Origin: an uncultured Actinomycetota bacterium
GTDB taxonomy: Bacteria; Actinomycetota; Actinomycetes; Propionibacteriales; Nocardioidaceae
DNA: 64,000 bases
Direction: 5' to 3'
Assembly: GCA_963793315.1 (NCBI GenBank)
Contig: CAWBZR010000006.1
Location: forward strand, 218,141-282,140
The notes below the pieces were generated by a model. That model saw only the letters and a list, made by a program, of their open reading frames with translations. It did no database searches and was not told where the DNA came from. Shown here in pieces: positions 34,832 to 46,120 of this stretch; positions within the stretch are counted from its first letter, which is position 1; each line of letters starts with the position of its first letter. Both the position numbers and the translations under genes were made by a program.

Positions 34832-36623
34832 TCACTCGCTGCTGCGCACTTCACAGATGACGGCGCCGTTGGTGACGGTCGCGCCGACCTCGGCCTGGAG
34901 GCCGGTGACGGTGCCGGCCTTGTGCGCCTTGAGCGGCTGCTCCATCTTCATCGCCTCGATGACCACGACGGTGTCGCCCTCGGCGACCTCCTGGCCCTCC
35001 TCGACCACGACCTTGACGATGGTGCCCTGCATCGGCGAGGTGACGGCGTCACCGCTGGCGGCCGCGCCGGCCTTCTTGCCGGCCGCGCGCTTCGGCTTCT
35101 TCGCGGCACCGCCGCCACCGGAGATGGCGCCGAGACCGCCGGGGAGGACGACCTCGAGCCGCTTGCCGCCGACCTCGACCACGACCGTCTGCCGCTCGCC
35201 GGCCTCCTCGGCCTCGGCCGAGTCGCCGCCGTAGGGCGTGATCTGGTTGTCGAAGTCGGTCTCGATCCACTGGGTGTAGACGCCGAAGGAGCCCTCGCCG
35301 GTCGCGTTCGACGGGCCGACGTAGGCCGGGTCGCGCACGACCGCCCGGTGGAACGGGATGACCGTCGGCATGCCGTCGACCACGAACTCGTCGAGTGCGC
35401 GGCGCGAGCGCTCCAGCGCCTGGGTGCGGTCGCGGCCGGTGACGATCAGCTTGGCGATGAGCGAGTCGAACGAGCCCGGGATCGTCTCGCCGTTGTCGTA
35501 GCCACCGTCGAGCCGGACGCCGGGGCCACTCGGCGGGTGCCAGGCCGAGAGGGTGCCGGGGGCGGGCATGAAGTTGGCCCCGCCGTCCTCGGCGTTGATG
35601 CGGTACTCGATCGAGTGGCCGCGGATCTCCGGGTCGTCGTAGCCGAGCTCCTCGCCCGCCGCGATCCGGAACATCTCGCGGACCAGGTCGATGCCGGTGA
35701 CCTCCTCGGACACGCAGTGCTCGACCTGGAGGCGGGTGTTGACCTCGAGGAAGGAGATCGAGCCGTCCTGGGCGACGAGGAACTCGCAGGTGCCGGCGCC
35801 GTGGTAGCCGGCCTCGCAGCAGGATCCGCTTGGAGGACTCGTAGAGCTCGGTCAGCTGCTCGTCGGAGAGGAACGGCGCGGGCGCCTCCTCGACGAGCTT
35901 CTGGTTGCGGCGCTGCAGCGAGCAGTCGCGGGTGGAGACCACCACGACGTTGCCGTGCTGGTCGGCCAGGCACTGGGTCTCGACGTGGCGCGGCTTGTCG
36001 AGGAACTTCTCGACCAGGCACTCACCCCGGCCGAACGCGCTGACCGCCTCGCGCACCGCCGACTCGAAGGCGTCGGGGATCTCCTCCATCGTGCGCGCGA
36101 CCTTCAGCCCGCGACCACCGCCGCCGAAGACCGCCTTGATCGCGATCGGGAGGCCGTTCTCCTCCGCGAACTTCACGGCCTCGTCGGCGTCCTTCAGCGG
36201 GTCCTTGGTGCCCGGCGCGAGCGGGGCGTTCGCCTTCACCGCGATGTGCTTGGCCTTGGCCTTGTCGCCCAGGGCCTCGATGGCCGCCGGCGGCGGGCCG
36301 ATCCAGGTCAGCCCGGCGTCGATCACGGCCTGGGCGAAGTCGGCGTTCTCGGCGAGGAAGCCGTAGCCGGGGTGCACCGAGTCGGCGCCGGACCTCTCCG
36401 CGACGGCGATGATCTTGGCGATGTCGAGGTAGGAGTCGGCCGGCGTCGAGCCGCCCAGGGCGTGCGCCTCGTCGGCGAGCCGGACGAACAGCGCGTCGCG
36501 GTCGGGGTCGGCGTAGACCGCGACGCTGCCGATCCCGGCGTCCTTGCAGGCCCGGATCACGCGGACCGCGATCTCGCCGCGGTTGGCGATCAGGACCTTC
36601 TGCAACGGGGAGGTCTCAGGCAC
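34832..36623 (-). CDS. bccA: Acetyl/propionyl-CoA carboxylase alpha subunit (BC-BCCP; frameshift near 35815)
   Basis: [25 protein letters not shown] and EAMKME motifs. Confidence 0.93.
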
Positions 36624-36712
36624 CTGCGCAGGTTATCGCCCGCAGCGTCGCCCGGAGCGTGGGGATCGTCTCACTTGACCTCCACCGCGGTTGAGGTCCT
36701 ACCGTCCCCCGT

Positions 36713-37397
36713 GTGGAGAACCTCAAGATCGCGGTGCTCGGCACCGGACCCGTAGGACGCGCCGTCGCGGGCGGGCTGGCCGCGCTCGGCCACGACGTCA
36801 CGATCGGCACCCGCGACCCCGCCGACACCGCCGGCCGGGACGAGTACGCCGCGTGGGCGGCCGACCATGCCGGGGTGCGGCTCGCCTCGTTCGCCGAGGC
36901 GGCCGAGGCCGCCGAGCTGGTGGTGAACGCCGCGGGCGGCGATGTCGCTCTCGGCATCCTCGACAGCGCCGGCTCCGCCAACCTGGCCGGCAAGGTGCTG
37001 CTCGACATCTCCAACCCGCTCGACGGCTCGAAGGGCTTCCCGCCCACGCTGTTCGTGAAGGACGACGACTCGCTCGCGGAGATGATCCAGCGCGCCCACC
37101 CCGATGCCCGCGTGGTGAAGAGCCTCAACACCATGAACAACTCGCTGATGGTCGACCCGCAGCGGCTGGGGGAGGACACGACGGTCTTCGTCTCCGGCGA
37201 CGACGCCGGTGCCAAGGCCACCGTCACCGCGCTGCTGCGCCAGCTCGGCCACGGCGACGTCATCGACCTCGGGCGGCATCGAGACCGCCCGCGGCGTGGA
37301 GATGTGGCTGCCCCTGTGGATCCGGATCAACCTCGCCCTCGGCGGCAACGACTTCAACATCAAGGTGGTGCGCGGCCCCTCGCTCGCCGGTGGTTGA
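36713..37397 (+). CDS. NADPH-dependent F420 reductase family protein (3' frameshift)
   Basis: LGTGPVG, DISNPL, VVKSLNT and SGDD motifs. Confidence 0.88.
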
Positions 37398-37505
37398 GGA
37401 GGGCGTTCTGCGCCCGTCTCGAAATCCCCGATGTCGTGATTCAACACCGCAACGCCTCGTAGTCGGGGGTTTCGAGTCGGTTGCAGAGCAACCTCCTCAA
37501 CCATC
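37390..37505. repeat. Inverted doublet of REP-like palindromic units
   Basis: GGTTGAGGAGGGCGTTCTGCGCCCGTCTCGAAATCCCCGA ... TCGGGGGTTTCGAGTCGGTTGCAGAGCAACCTCCTCAACC. Confidence 0.8.
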
Positions 37506-37535
37506 GCCAGCGCCGTTCCGTGGTCCGTCGGTGTG

Positions 37536-37551
37536 GTTAGCGATCGTTAAC
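37536..37551. promoter_or_regulatory. GTTA-N8-TAAC palindrome (TetR-type operator) upstream of acyl-CoA dehydrogenase
   Basis: GTTAGCGATCGTTAAC just upstream of a TAGCCT -10. Confidence 0.65.
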
Positions 37552-37573
37552 CAAACCTAGTAGCCTGCGGCGC

Positions 37574-38761
37574 ATGACCAACTTCGAGCTGAGCCGCGAG
37601 CACGAGGAGTTCCGGCAGAGCGTCCGCGAGTTCGCCGAGGCCGAGATCGCGCCGTACGCCGCGCAGTGGGACCGCGACCACCACTTCCCGGTCGACGTGG
37701 TGCAGAAGATGGGCAAGCTGGGGCTGTTCGGGCTCACCTCGCCCGAGGAGTACGGCGGCGCGGGGGAGGACGGCGACTTCACCAGCCTCTGCGTCGCGAT
37801 CGAGGAGATCGGCCGGGTCGACCAGTCGATGGGGATCACCCTCGAGGCGGCGGTCGGCCTCGGGATCAACCCGATCCTCACCTTCGGCACCGACGAGCAG
37901 AAGCAGACCTGGCTGCCCGACCTGGTGGCCGGCCAGACCCTCGCCGGCTTCGGGCTGACCGAGCCGGGCGCCGGATCCGACGCGGGCGCCACCAGGACGA
38001 GGGCCGAGCTGGTCGACGGCGAGTGGGTGGTCAACGGCGCCAAGCAGTTCATCACCAACTCCGGCTCCGAGATCACCAGCGTCGTCGCCGTGACCGCGCG
38101 CACGGGCACGGAGCTCGTCCGAGAAGGGCGACGAAGCCCGAGCTCAGCGCCATCCTGGTCCCGGCCGGGACCGACGGGGTTCACCGCCGAGAAGGCCTAC
38201 GACAAGCTCGGCTGGCACGCGTCCGACACCCACCCGCTCTCCTTCGAGGACTGCCGGGTGCCCGAGGCCAACCTGCTCGGCGACCGGGGCCGCGGCTACG
38301 CGCAGTTCCTCGCCACCCTCGACGACGGCCGGGTCGCGATCGCCGCGCTGGCGGTCGGCTGCATCCAGGCCTGCCTCGACCTGAGCGTCCAGTACGCCGG
38401 GGAGCGCCAGACGTTCGGCGTACCGATCGGACGCAAGCAGGGGCTGGCCTTCCAGATCGCCGACCTCGAGGTGATGCTGCACGCCAGCCGGGCGCTGACC
38501 TACCGCGCTGCCGCCATGAAGGATGCGGGCGCACCGGTGAAGGAGTTCAAGCAGGCCGCGGCGGTGTGCAAGCTCTACGCCACCGAGTCCGCGGTCACCG
38601 CGACCCGGATCGCCACCCAGGTCTTCGGCGGCTACGGCTTCATGGAGGAGTACGCCGTCGCGCGGTTCTACCGCGACGCCAAGGTGCTCGAGATCGGCGA
38701 GGGCACCTCCGAGGTGCAGCGGATGCTCATCGCCCGGGGGCTCGGCCTGCCCGTCGAGTAG
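37574..38761 (+). CDS. Acyl-CoA dehydrogenase
   Basis: FGLTEPGAGSDAG, NGAKQFITN, RQTFG and LEIGEGTSEVQR motifs; short compensated frameshift inside. Confidence 0.95.
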   Translation: MTNFELSREHEEFRQSVREFAEAEIAPYAAQWDRDHHFPVDVVQKMGKLGLFGLTSPEEYGGAGEDGDFTSLCVAIEEIGRVDQSMGITLEAAVGLGINPILTFGTDEQKQTWLPDLVAGQTLAGFGLTEPGAGSDAGATRTRAELVDGEWVVNGAKQFITNSGSEITSVVAVTARTGTELVREGRRSPSSAPSWSRPGPTGFTAEKAYDKLGWHASDTHPLSFEDCRVPEANLLGDRGRGYAQFLATLDDGRVAIAALAVGCIQACLDLSVQYAGERQTFGVPIGRKQGLAFQIADLEVMLHASRALTYRAAAMKDAGAPVKEFKQAAAVCKLYATESAVTATRIATQVFGGYGFMEEYAVARFYRDAKVLEIGEGTSEVQRMLIARGLGLPVE

Positions 38762-38907
38762 CCCGACGATTCGTCTGCGGCCTGACCGGTCGTCTGCGGA
38801 GGCCTGGCTCACAAGGCCTCCTCGCTGTTCACGAAGTGACCGATCCGTGACCCACTCGGCGACCGGCCTCTCCTGTCAGCCCCTGCGGGCCGTCTAGCAT
38901 CGACGGC

Positions 38908-39490
38908 ATGTCGGACCGGACACAGCGCTTCATCGCTGAGGTGGGCCGGTTCCTCGCAGTCGGTGGAGCGGCCACGATCGTGGCGCTCATCATCTTCAAC
39001 CTGCTCGTCCACGGCTTCAACACCGGCGACCACGCGCTGCTCGCCAACCAGCCGATCCTGGCCTACGTCATCGCCAACAGCGTCGGCATGGGCGTCAGCT
39101 ACTACGGCAGCCGGCACTGGGCCTTCCGCGACCGACCGCCCGGTGACGTCGGACGGCGGCCTCACGTCGTTCGTCGTGATCAACATGCTGACGATGCTCA
39201 TCCCGATCGGCTGCCTGGCGATCAGCCGCGACGTGCTGGGCCTCGACGACCCGATCTCCGACAACGTCTCGGCCAACGTGATCGGGCTGGTGCTCGGCCT
39301 GGCCGCGCGGTTCGCGCTGTTCCGCACCTACGTGTTCAAGCGGCCGATCAGCATCGTCGAGATCTACGACGAGCCGGGGCTGGTCGACGACATCGAGTAC
39401 CTCGACGGCGACGCCGGCTCGGTCAACGAGTCGGCGGCGCTCGCCAGAGGTCGGTCCACGAGTGGCCCAGTTCCGCCAGCAGCTCTCTGA
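38908..39490 (+). CDS. GtrA family membrane protein (frameshift)
   Basis: RFLAVGG, RHWAFRDR and RFALFRTYVF motifs. Confidence 0.85.
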
Positions 39491-40033
39491 CCAGAGGGAG
39501 ACTGACGCCCACCACGTTGTGGTGGTCGCCCTCGATCCCGGTCACGAACGCGCCGCCGAGGCCGTCGATCGTGAACGCGCCGGCGACGTGCAGCGGCTCG
39601 CCGCTCGCGACGTACGCCGCGATCTCCTCGTCGGTCACGTCCGCGAAGTGCACGGTCGTCGCGGCGGTGGCCGAGGCGACGTGGCCGGTCGCGGTGTCGC
39701 GCAGGCTGTGCCCGGTCAGGAGCACGCCGGAACGGCCGCGCATCGCCCGCCACCGCGCGGTCGCCTCGTCGGCGGTGCCGGGCTTGCCGAGCGCCTCGCC
39801 GTCGAGCTCGAGCACCGAGTCGCAGCCGAGCACCAGCGCGCCCTCGGGAAGGTCGTCGCGCGCGGCGACGGCGGCGCACTTCAGCTCGGCCAGCTGCAGC
39901 GCGAGCTCGGCCGGTGGCAGCGGCCCAGCTGGTCCTCGTCGACGCCCGACACGATCACGACCGGCTCGACGCCCGCGGCGCGCAGCGTGGCCAGCCGGGC
40001 GGGGGACTGGGAGGCGAGGACGAGAGACGTCAC
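39423..40033 (-). CDS. maf: Maf family nucleotide pyrophosphatase (frameshift)
   Basis: LVLASQSPAR, GCDS, GKP, AGAFTIDG and NVVG motifs. Confidence 0.9.
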
Positions 40034-40080
40034 CGCCCCATCCTGCTGGACGAGCCAGCGAGACGGGGCGGTGACGTCGT
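40026..40080. terminator. Hairpin between the secreted-protein gene and maf
   Basis: GACGTCACCGCCCC ... GGGGCGGTGACGTC 14-bp stem overlapping the maf start codon. Confidence 0.55.
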
Positions 40081-40092
40081 GCGTGTGGCGGG

Positions 40093-41622
40093 CTACTTCT
40101 TCTTCTTCTTGATCCTCACCTTGATCTTGGCCTTGGCCGTGCTGCCGGTGGTGTTCGCGTCACCTTCATAGGTGACCGTCACCTTGGTCTTCTTCCTGAC
40201 CTTGACCTTGATCGTGGCGACCCCGTTCTTCAGGGTGGTCTTGACCGACTTCTTGCCGACCTTGAAGGTCACCGTGCCGGTCGGGGTGGCGCCCGCGCTC
40301 TTGACGGTCGCGGTCACCTTGACCTTCTTGGCCTTGCCGGGTGCCTTGAGCGTGACCTTCTTCGGGACCTTCAGGGTCGTCGTCGAGGCCAGCTTGGGCA
40401 CCGAGACGGTGAACTGCCGGAAGGAGTCTCGGAAGTCGTCCGTCGAGGCGATGAACAGCGCCGTGTAGGACTGGGTGCCGACCGCCGGGCGGGGGACCGT
40501 CAGGCTGGCCGTGCCACCGGTCACCGGCACGATGCCCAGGGAGGTGCCGTTGGCGCCCAGGAACTCGACCGCGCCGCCGAACGTGTTCGGGATCGGGCTG
40601 TTGGCGTACGGGTCGACCGACGCCGTCGCAGTCAGCGTCAGCGACGTGTCACCGGCGCTGCCGGTCGCGGTCACCTTGGAGGGTTGGTCCCAGGTCGACT
40701 GCTCGAGGACGACGTTGAACGGGACCGCCGACCCGCCGAGGGCGGGAGAGCCCACCTGCACGTAGTAGCGCGTCCCGGCGACCGAGGTCAGACCGACCGA
40801 GGAGTCGCCGGCGTTCTCATTGTCGCAGTCGACCGCCACCAGTTGGGCAGCGGTCGCATTCGCCGGACCGGTGTAGACGTTGAGCACGGAGGCGCTCGCG
40901 CCGGAGGTGCCGAACTCAAGGTCGCGGGCGATCGTCGGCGTGTAGGTGTACCAGACCGAGTTGCTGATCGGGTCGATGCAGGCGCCCTGCTGGGGCTCCG
41001 TGGCCTCGGTGGTCGCGTTGCGGTTGTCCGCCACGGCGTTGATGCCGGTGATCAGCCGGGCCGCGGACGCGAGGTTGTCGTTGGCCGGGACGCCGCTGGC
41101 GGCGCCGGGCAGGTTCAGGCGGAGCCCGAACTGGCCGTGCGGCGTGTCGAGGTCGTAGATGTCGACCTGGAGGAAGTAGGTGGTGCCGGAGATCACCGCG
41201 GCCGGGATGAAGGAGAACAGGTCGGCCGCGTCGTCGTTGCTGTCGACGTAGGTGAGGTCGCCGAAGGCGGCGGCGTTGGCCGCGCCGGTGTAGAGCGAGA
41301 TCACCGTGTCGGGGTTGTCGCCCACGTTGAACGTCTCGAAGCTGACGTCCTGGTTGGCGCCGGGCGCGTACTTGTACCAGACCGTGCGGAAGGCGGTGTT
41401 GCCGTTCTGGCGGTCCTCGGCGGTCTGGAGGGTGGCCTCGTCACTCGTGCCGAGGACCGGGACGTTGGGTGTCAGCGCGGTGGCGCTGGCGATGTCGTCG
41501 TTGCCGGGAGCGGCCGCGGATGCCGGGCCGGCGAGGACCGCGAGGCCCGCCAGGGCGATGCCGGCGGTGGACGCCACGAGGGCGGTGGTGCGCAGTCTGC
41601 GCAGGCGGTGAAGCGTGGTCAC
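40093..41622 (-). CDS. Secreted surface protein with two PxND repeats and Ig-like (Big_3) Lys-rich C-terminus
   Basis: Signal peptide; duplicated domain (PGNDDIASA..VWYKY..YFLQV and PANDNLASA..VWYTY..YYVQV); TPTGTVTF; TYEGDAN. Confidence 0.85.
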   Translation of the reverse strand: MTTLHRLRRLRTTALVASTAGIALAGLAVLAGPASAAAPGNDDIASATALTPNVPVLGTSDEATLQTAEDRQNGNTAFRTVWYKYAPGANQDVSFETFNVGDNPDTVISLYTGAANAAAFGDLTYVDSNDDAADLFSFIPAAVISGTTYFLQVDIYDLDTPHGQFGLRLNLPGAASGVPANDNLASAARLITGINAVADNRNATTEATEPQQGACIDPISNSVWYTYTPTIARDLEFGTSGASASVLNVYTGPANATAAQLVAVDCDNENAGDSSVGLTSVAGTRYYVQVGSPALGGSAVPFNVVLEQSTWDQPSKVTATGSAGDTSLTLTATASVDPYANSPIPNTFGGAVEFLGANGTSLGIVPVTGGTASLTVPRPAVGTQSYTALFIASTDDFRDSFRQFTVSVPKLASTTTLKVPKKVTLKAPGKAKKVKVTATVKSAGATPTGTVTFKVGKKSVKTTLKNGVATIKVKVRKKTKVTVTYEGDANTTGSTAKAKIKVRIKKKKK

Positions 41623-41688
41623 GCGGGGAGCTCCGTTCGTCGTCGGGTGGTCGCAGTTGACGGCCCGAGCAGCCACCGCGCGCTGACC

Positions 41689-42297
41689 TTATGCGCCGCC
41701 CGTGACGAAGGGCAGCGCGTCGCCGAACGCGCACGGGGTGAGCGCGGCCAGCTCGGAGTCGTCGTCGAGGTGCTCGGGGGCGCGCATCGAGAGCATCACG
41801 TTGAGCAGCATGCCCTGCGCGACGAACTCCTGCGGCTCGCTCGTCGGTGCAGCCGGTGGACATGACGGTGGCGAAGATCCGGCCCATGCCCGTCGCGGCT
41901 GCACGCGGCGATCTCGTCGATCGTCGCCGGCGGAGAAGCCGTGCATCATGCACCATCAGCAGGTCGCGGTCGCGCAGCAGCTCGGTGTAGGCCAGCCCCA
42001 GCCGGGCCCAGTCGTCGTCGCTGTCCGGGTCGAACGGCCCTCGGCCAGCACCGCCTCGAACGCCTCCCGGATCCGGTCGCAGGAGCGCTCGAGCACCTCG
42101 AGGAACAGCGCCAGCTTGGTGCCGAAGATGCGCACGACGTAGGGCTGGGAGACGCCCGCCTCCTTGGCCACCGCGTCGGTGCTGGTGCCGGCGTAGCCGC
42201 CCCGGGAGAAGGCGCGGGTCGCGGCGGCCAGGACCAGCTCGCGCCGGTCCTCGGCACTCATCCGGGTGGCGGTGGCTGCGCGGCTCACGCTTGACAT
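41689..42297 (-). CDS. TetR family regulator (frameshifts)
   Basis: FSRGGYAGTSTDAVAKEAGVSQPYVVRIFGTK motif. Confidence 0.9.
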
Positions 42298-42306
42298 GTT
42301 ATCAGT

Positions 42307-42338
42307 TGATTACTTAGCGTGTAGGACGTAAGTAATCA
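42307..42338. promoter_or_regulatory. Inverted repeat in the tetR/MFS divergent promoter
   Basis: TGATTACTTA-N12-TAAGTAATCA, AT-rich. Confidence 0.7.
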
Positions 42339-42369
42339 TTCAATGCCTTCTTGACATCAGGAGCTCCGG

Positions 42370-43811
42370 ATGTCCACCACCCTCGACGTCCCCGCGGCGT
42401 CGCCCGCTGCCGGCACCGGGCGCCACCGCGTCTCGCCGCCGCGTCCCGCGTCTGGCTGGCCGTCGTCGCGGCCTCACTGCCGATGTTCATGGCCACCCTC
42501 GACAACCTCGTGATGACCAGCGCGCTGCCGGTGATCCGGGCCGACCTCGGCTCGACCGTCGGCCAGCTGTCGTGGTTCATGAACGCCTACACGCTGGCCT
42601 TCGCCACCTTCATGCTTCCCGCGGCCACGCTCGGCGACCGGCTCGGCCGGCGCCGGGTGATGATCGCCGGGCTGACCGTCTTCACCCTCGCCTCCATCGC
42701 CTCGGCGCTGAGCACCACCTCGGAGGCGCTGATCGCCGCCCGGGCGGTCCAGGGGCTCGGCGCGGCCGCGATCATGCCGCTCTCGCTGACCCTGCTCGCC
42801 TCGGCCGTGCCCGAGAAGATGCGGCCCGTCGCCATCGGCATCTGGGGCGGCGTCTCCGGCCTCGGTGTCGCGCTCGGCCCGGTCGTCGGCGGCGCCGTCG
42901 TCGAGGGCGTGAGCTGGCAGGCCATCTTCTGGCTCAACGTCCCCGTCGCCCTGGTCGCGCTGCCGCTGCTGGTCGTGGCGGTCCGCGAGTCGAAGGGCAC
43001 CTGGCAGCGGCTCGACCCGGTCGGCACCGCGCTGCTCGGCGGTGCGGTCTTCCTCGGCATCTGGGGGATCGTGCACGGCAACGACGACGGCTGGGGCTCG
43101 GCCGGCGTCCTGGTCCCGCTGGTCGCCTCCGGGCTGCTCGTGCCGGCGTACGTCGCCTGGGCGCGCGGCCGCTCCTACGCCGTGCTCCCGCTGCGGCTGT
43201 TCGCCTCGCGCGGCTTCTCGGTGGCCAACGTGATCGGCCTGACCTTCACCATCGGCATGTTCGGCACGGTGTTCCTGCTCTCGCAGTACCTCCAGGTCGT
43301 GCAGGGCTACAGCCCGCTCCAGGCCGGCCTCCGCACCCTGCCGTGGACGGCGGCGCCGATGGTGGTCGCCCCGATCGCCGGGATCCTCGCCGCCCGGACC
43401 GGGCTGCGCGCGCTGCTGCTGGCCGGGCTGACCCTGCAGACCGGGTCGCTGGTGTGGTTCGCGTGGCTGACCGAGCACGGCTCGGCCTACGGCTCGTTCG
43501 TGGTGCCGCTGGCCATGGCCGGCGTCGGCATGGGGCTCACCTTCGCGCCCAGCGCCACCGCGGTGCTGCGAGGGGCTGCCGGACGGCGACTTCGCCATCG
43601 CCAGCTCGGCGAACTCCACGGTGCGCGAGTTCGGCGTCGCGCTCGGCATCGCGCTGCTGGTCGCGGTCTTCCTCGGCAACGGCGGCCAGATCTCGCCCGC
43701 ACGGGCTACGACGGCGCGATCGGCCCGGCGCTGCTGACCGGTGCCGCCGCCGTGGCGGTCGCCGTGGTCGCCGCGGTCTTCGCCCCGGGCAAGGTCCGCA
43801 GCCGGGCCTGA
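42370..43811 (+). CDS. DHA2 family MFS efflux transporter
   Basis: MATLDNLV, LGDRLGRR, RAVQGLG and WQAIFWLNVP motifs. Confidence 0.92.
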
Positions 43812-43828
43812 CCCGACGGCCCGCCACG

Positions 43829-43871
43829 CAGGACGCGGGTCCGTCGCCCCCCGCGACGGACCCGCGTCCTG
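43829..43871 (+). terminator. Strong hairpin after the MFS gene
   Basis: CAGGACGCGGGTCCGTCGC-loop-GCGACGGACCCGCGTCCTG. Confidence 0.75.
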
Positions 43872-44079
43872 TCCCCGTGCTGCGCCCTCCTCGGGAGTGA
43901 GGGCACCGACGTCGATCTTCAGGGGCGCGGCGCCGCTCCTGGCGATGGCCCGCCCGGACCATTCCGGAGCGTCAGGCATGGCCTGACCGGGCTATGGACT
44001 AGGCTGCCCGTCAGCTGGTGGATGCGGGGCGTCCTGCGCCGCCTTGAATGCGGCACCGGCAAGTTCAGCGGTGTGCAGG

Positions 44080-44350
44080 TCAGCGGGGCAGGGCGCTGGA
44101 GCGCCAGCCGCCGGCGCCGTGCGGCAGCGTGACCCGCGGTCTTGCGGTGGTGCGCCGACCACTCCGGCGTACGCCGCTCGGCGGCTCCGCGCGCTGCCGA
44201 GGGCGGCGACCACCGCGACCAGGGCGGCGATCTCCTCGGGGGTGGCGTCGCCCTTGACGACGCGGAGGAGGGGCCGGCTCGGCTGGTCTTCGCGCGGGTC
44301 GGGCTGCTCGTGGTTGCGCCGTCCGGCGGCTGCGGCTCGTCGTCGGTCAC
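44080..44350 (-). CDS. Acyl-CoA carboxylase epsilon subunit (frameshifts)
   Basis: [20 protein letters not shown] and [10 protein letters not shown] motifs; downstream of the beta subunit. Confidence 0.85.
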
Positions 44351-44498
44351 CGGTTCACATCGCCTTCGGCTGGCTGTCCGGCTTGGGTGCCAGGTGCGCC
44401 GCCACGGAGCTTGCGCACGACGTGGGTCCTTCGGCCGCGGGCATGCACGAACCGCCGGGTCGGCGTGATCCGCTGCTTCGAGCCACTGGGCTCCGCGC

Positions 44499-46107
44499 TC
44501 ACAGCGGGATGTTCCCGTGCTTCTTCGCGGGCAGGGTCTCCCGCTTCGACCTGCAGCAGCCGCAGGGCGCGGACGACCTCGACGCGGGTCTCGTGGGGGC
44601 TGATGACCGCGTCGACGTAGCCGCGCTCGGCGGCGAGGTAGGGGTTGGCCAGCGCCTGGTCGTAGTCGTCGATCAGCTCGGCGCGCCTGGCCTCGGGGTC
44701 CTCGGCCTCCTTGAGCGTGTCGCGGTAGAGGATGTTGACCGCGCCCTGGGCGCCCATCACCGCGATCTGCGCGGTCGGCCAGGCCAGGTTGATGTCGGCG
44801 CCGAGGTGCTTGGAGCCCATGACGTCGTAGGCGCCGCCGTAGGCCTTGCGGGTGATCACGGTGACCAGCGGGACGGTCGCCTCGGCGTAGGCGTAGATCA
44901 GCTTGGCGCCGCGGCGGATGATGCCGTTCCACTCCTGGTCGGTGCCGGGCAGGAAGCCGGGGACGTCGACGAAGGTCAGCACCGGGATGTTGAAGGCGTC
45001 GCAGAAGCGCACGAAGCGCGCGGCCTTCTCCGAGGCGTCGATGTCGAGGGTGCCGGCGAACTGCATCGGCTGGTTGGCCACGACGCCGACCGAGTGGCCC
45101 TCGACCCGGCCGAAGCCGACGATCAGGTTGGGGGCGAAGAGCTCCTGGACCTCGAGGAACTCCTCGTCGTCCACCACCGCGCCGATGACGTCGTGCATGT
45201 CGTAGGGCTGGTTGGGCGAGTCGGGGATCAGCGTGTCGAGGCTGCGGTCGAGGTCGCTGAAGTCGGTGTCGGCGACCTCGTCGTAGGACGGCACCTCGTC
45301 GAGGTTGTTCTGCGGCAGGTAGGAGAGCAGCGCCTTGGTGTACTCCAGCGCGTCGTCCTCGTCGGCGCCCATGTAGTGGGCGTTGCCGGACTTGGTGTTG
45401 TGGGTGCGGGCGCCGCCGAGCTCCTCCATCGTGACGTCCTCGCCGGTGACGGTCTTGATGACGTCGGGGCCGGTGATGAACATGTTGGAGGTGCCGTCGA
45501 CCATGATCGTGAAGTCGGTGACCGCGGGGGAGTAGACGTGGCCGCCGGCGCAGGAGCCCATGATCAGGCTGATCTGCGGGATCACGCCGCTGGCGTGCAC
45601 GTTGCGGCGGAAGATCTCGCCGTAGAGGCCGAGCGAGACGACGCCCTCCTGGATGCGGGCGCCGGCGCCCTCGTTGATGCCGATGATCGGGCAGCCGGTC
45701 TTGATGGCGAGGTCCATCACCTTGGTGATCTTCTCGCCGTAGACCTCGCCGAGGGAGCCGCCGAAGATCGTGAAGTCCTGGCGAGAAGACGCAGACCTGG
45801 CGGCCGTCGATGGTGCCGTAGCCGGTGATCACGCCGTCGCCGTAGGGGCGGCGCTTCTCGAGGCCGAACGCCGTCGAGCGGTGCCGGGCCAGCTCGTCGA
45901 GCTCGACGAACGAGCCCTCGTCGAAGAGCAGCTCGATCCGCTCGCGGGCGGTCTTGCGCCCTTGGCGTGCTGCTTCTCGATCGCCTTGGCCGAGCCGGCG
46001 TGCACCGCCTCGTCGAGCCGGCGGTCGAGGTCCTCCAGCTTGCCCGCGGTGGTGTGGGTGTCGATGTCCTCGGGGACGTCCGTGCCTTCGCCGGGGTGCG
46101 CGCTCAC
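44499..46107 (-). CDS. pccB: Acyl-CoA (propionyl-CoA) carboxylase beta subunit (frameshifts)
   Basis: [32 protein letters not shown] and KKHGNIPL motifs. Confidence 0.92.
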
Positions 46108-46120
46108 GCGTGACAGGCTA

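Noticed and set aside
38769-38822. Short direct repeat TCGTCTGCGG (twice) and a small hairpin after the acyl-CoA dehydrogenase
   Set aside because: Short and GC-rich; compatible with chance or an ordinary terminator
44044-45828. Long antisense and alternative-frame ORFs in the track (also 4983..6581, 50862..52712, 58067..60049 and others)
   Set aside because: Shadow ORFs expected in high-GC DNA opposite real genes; Arg/Pro/Gly-rich with no recognisable motifs
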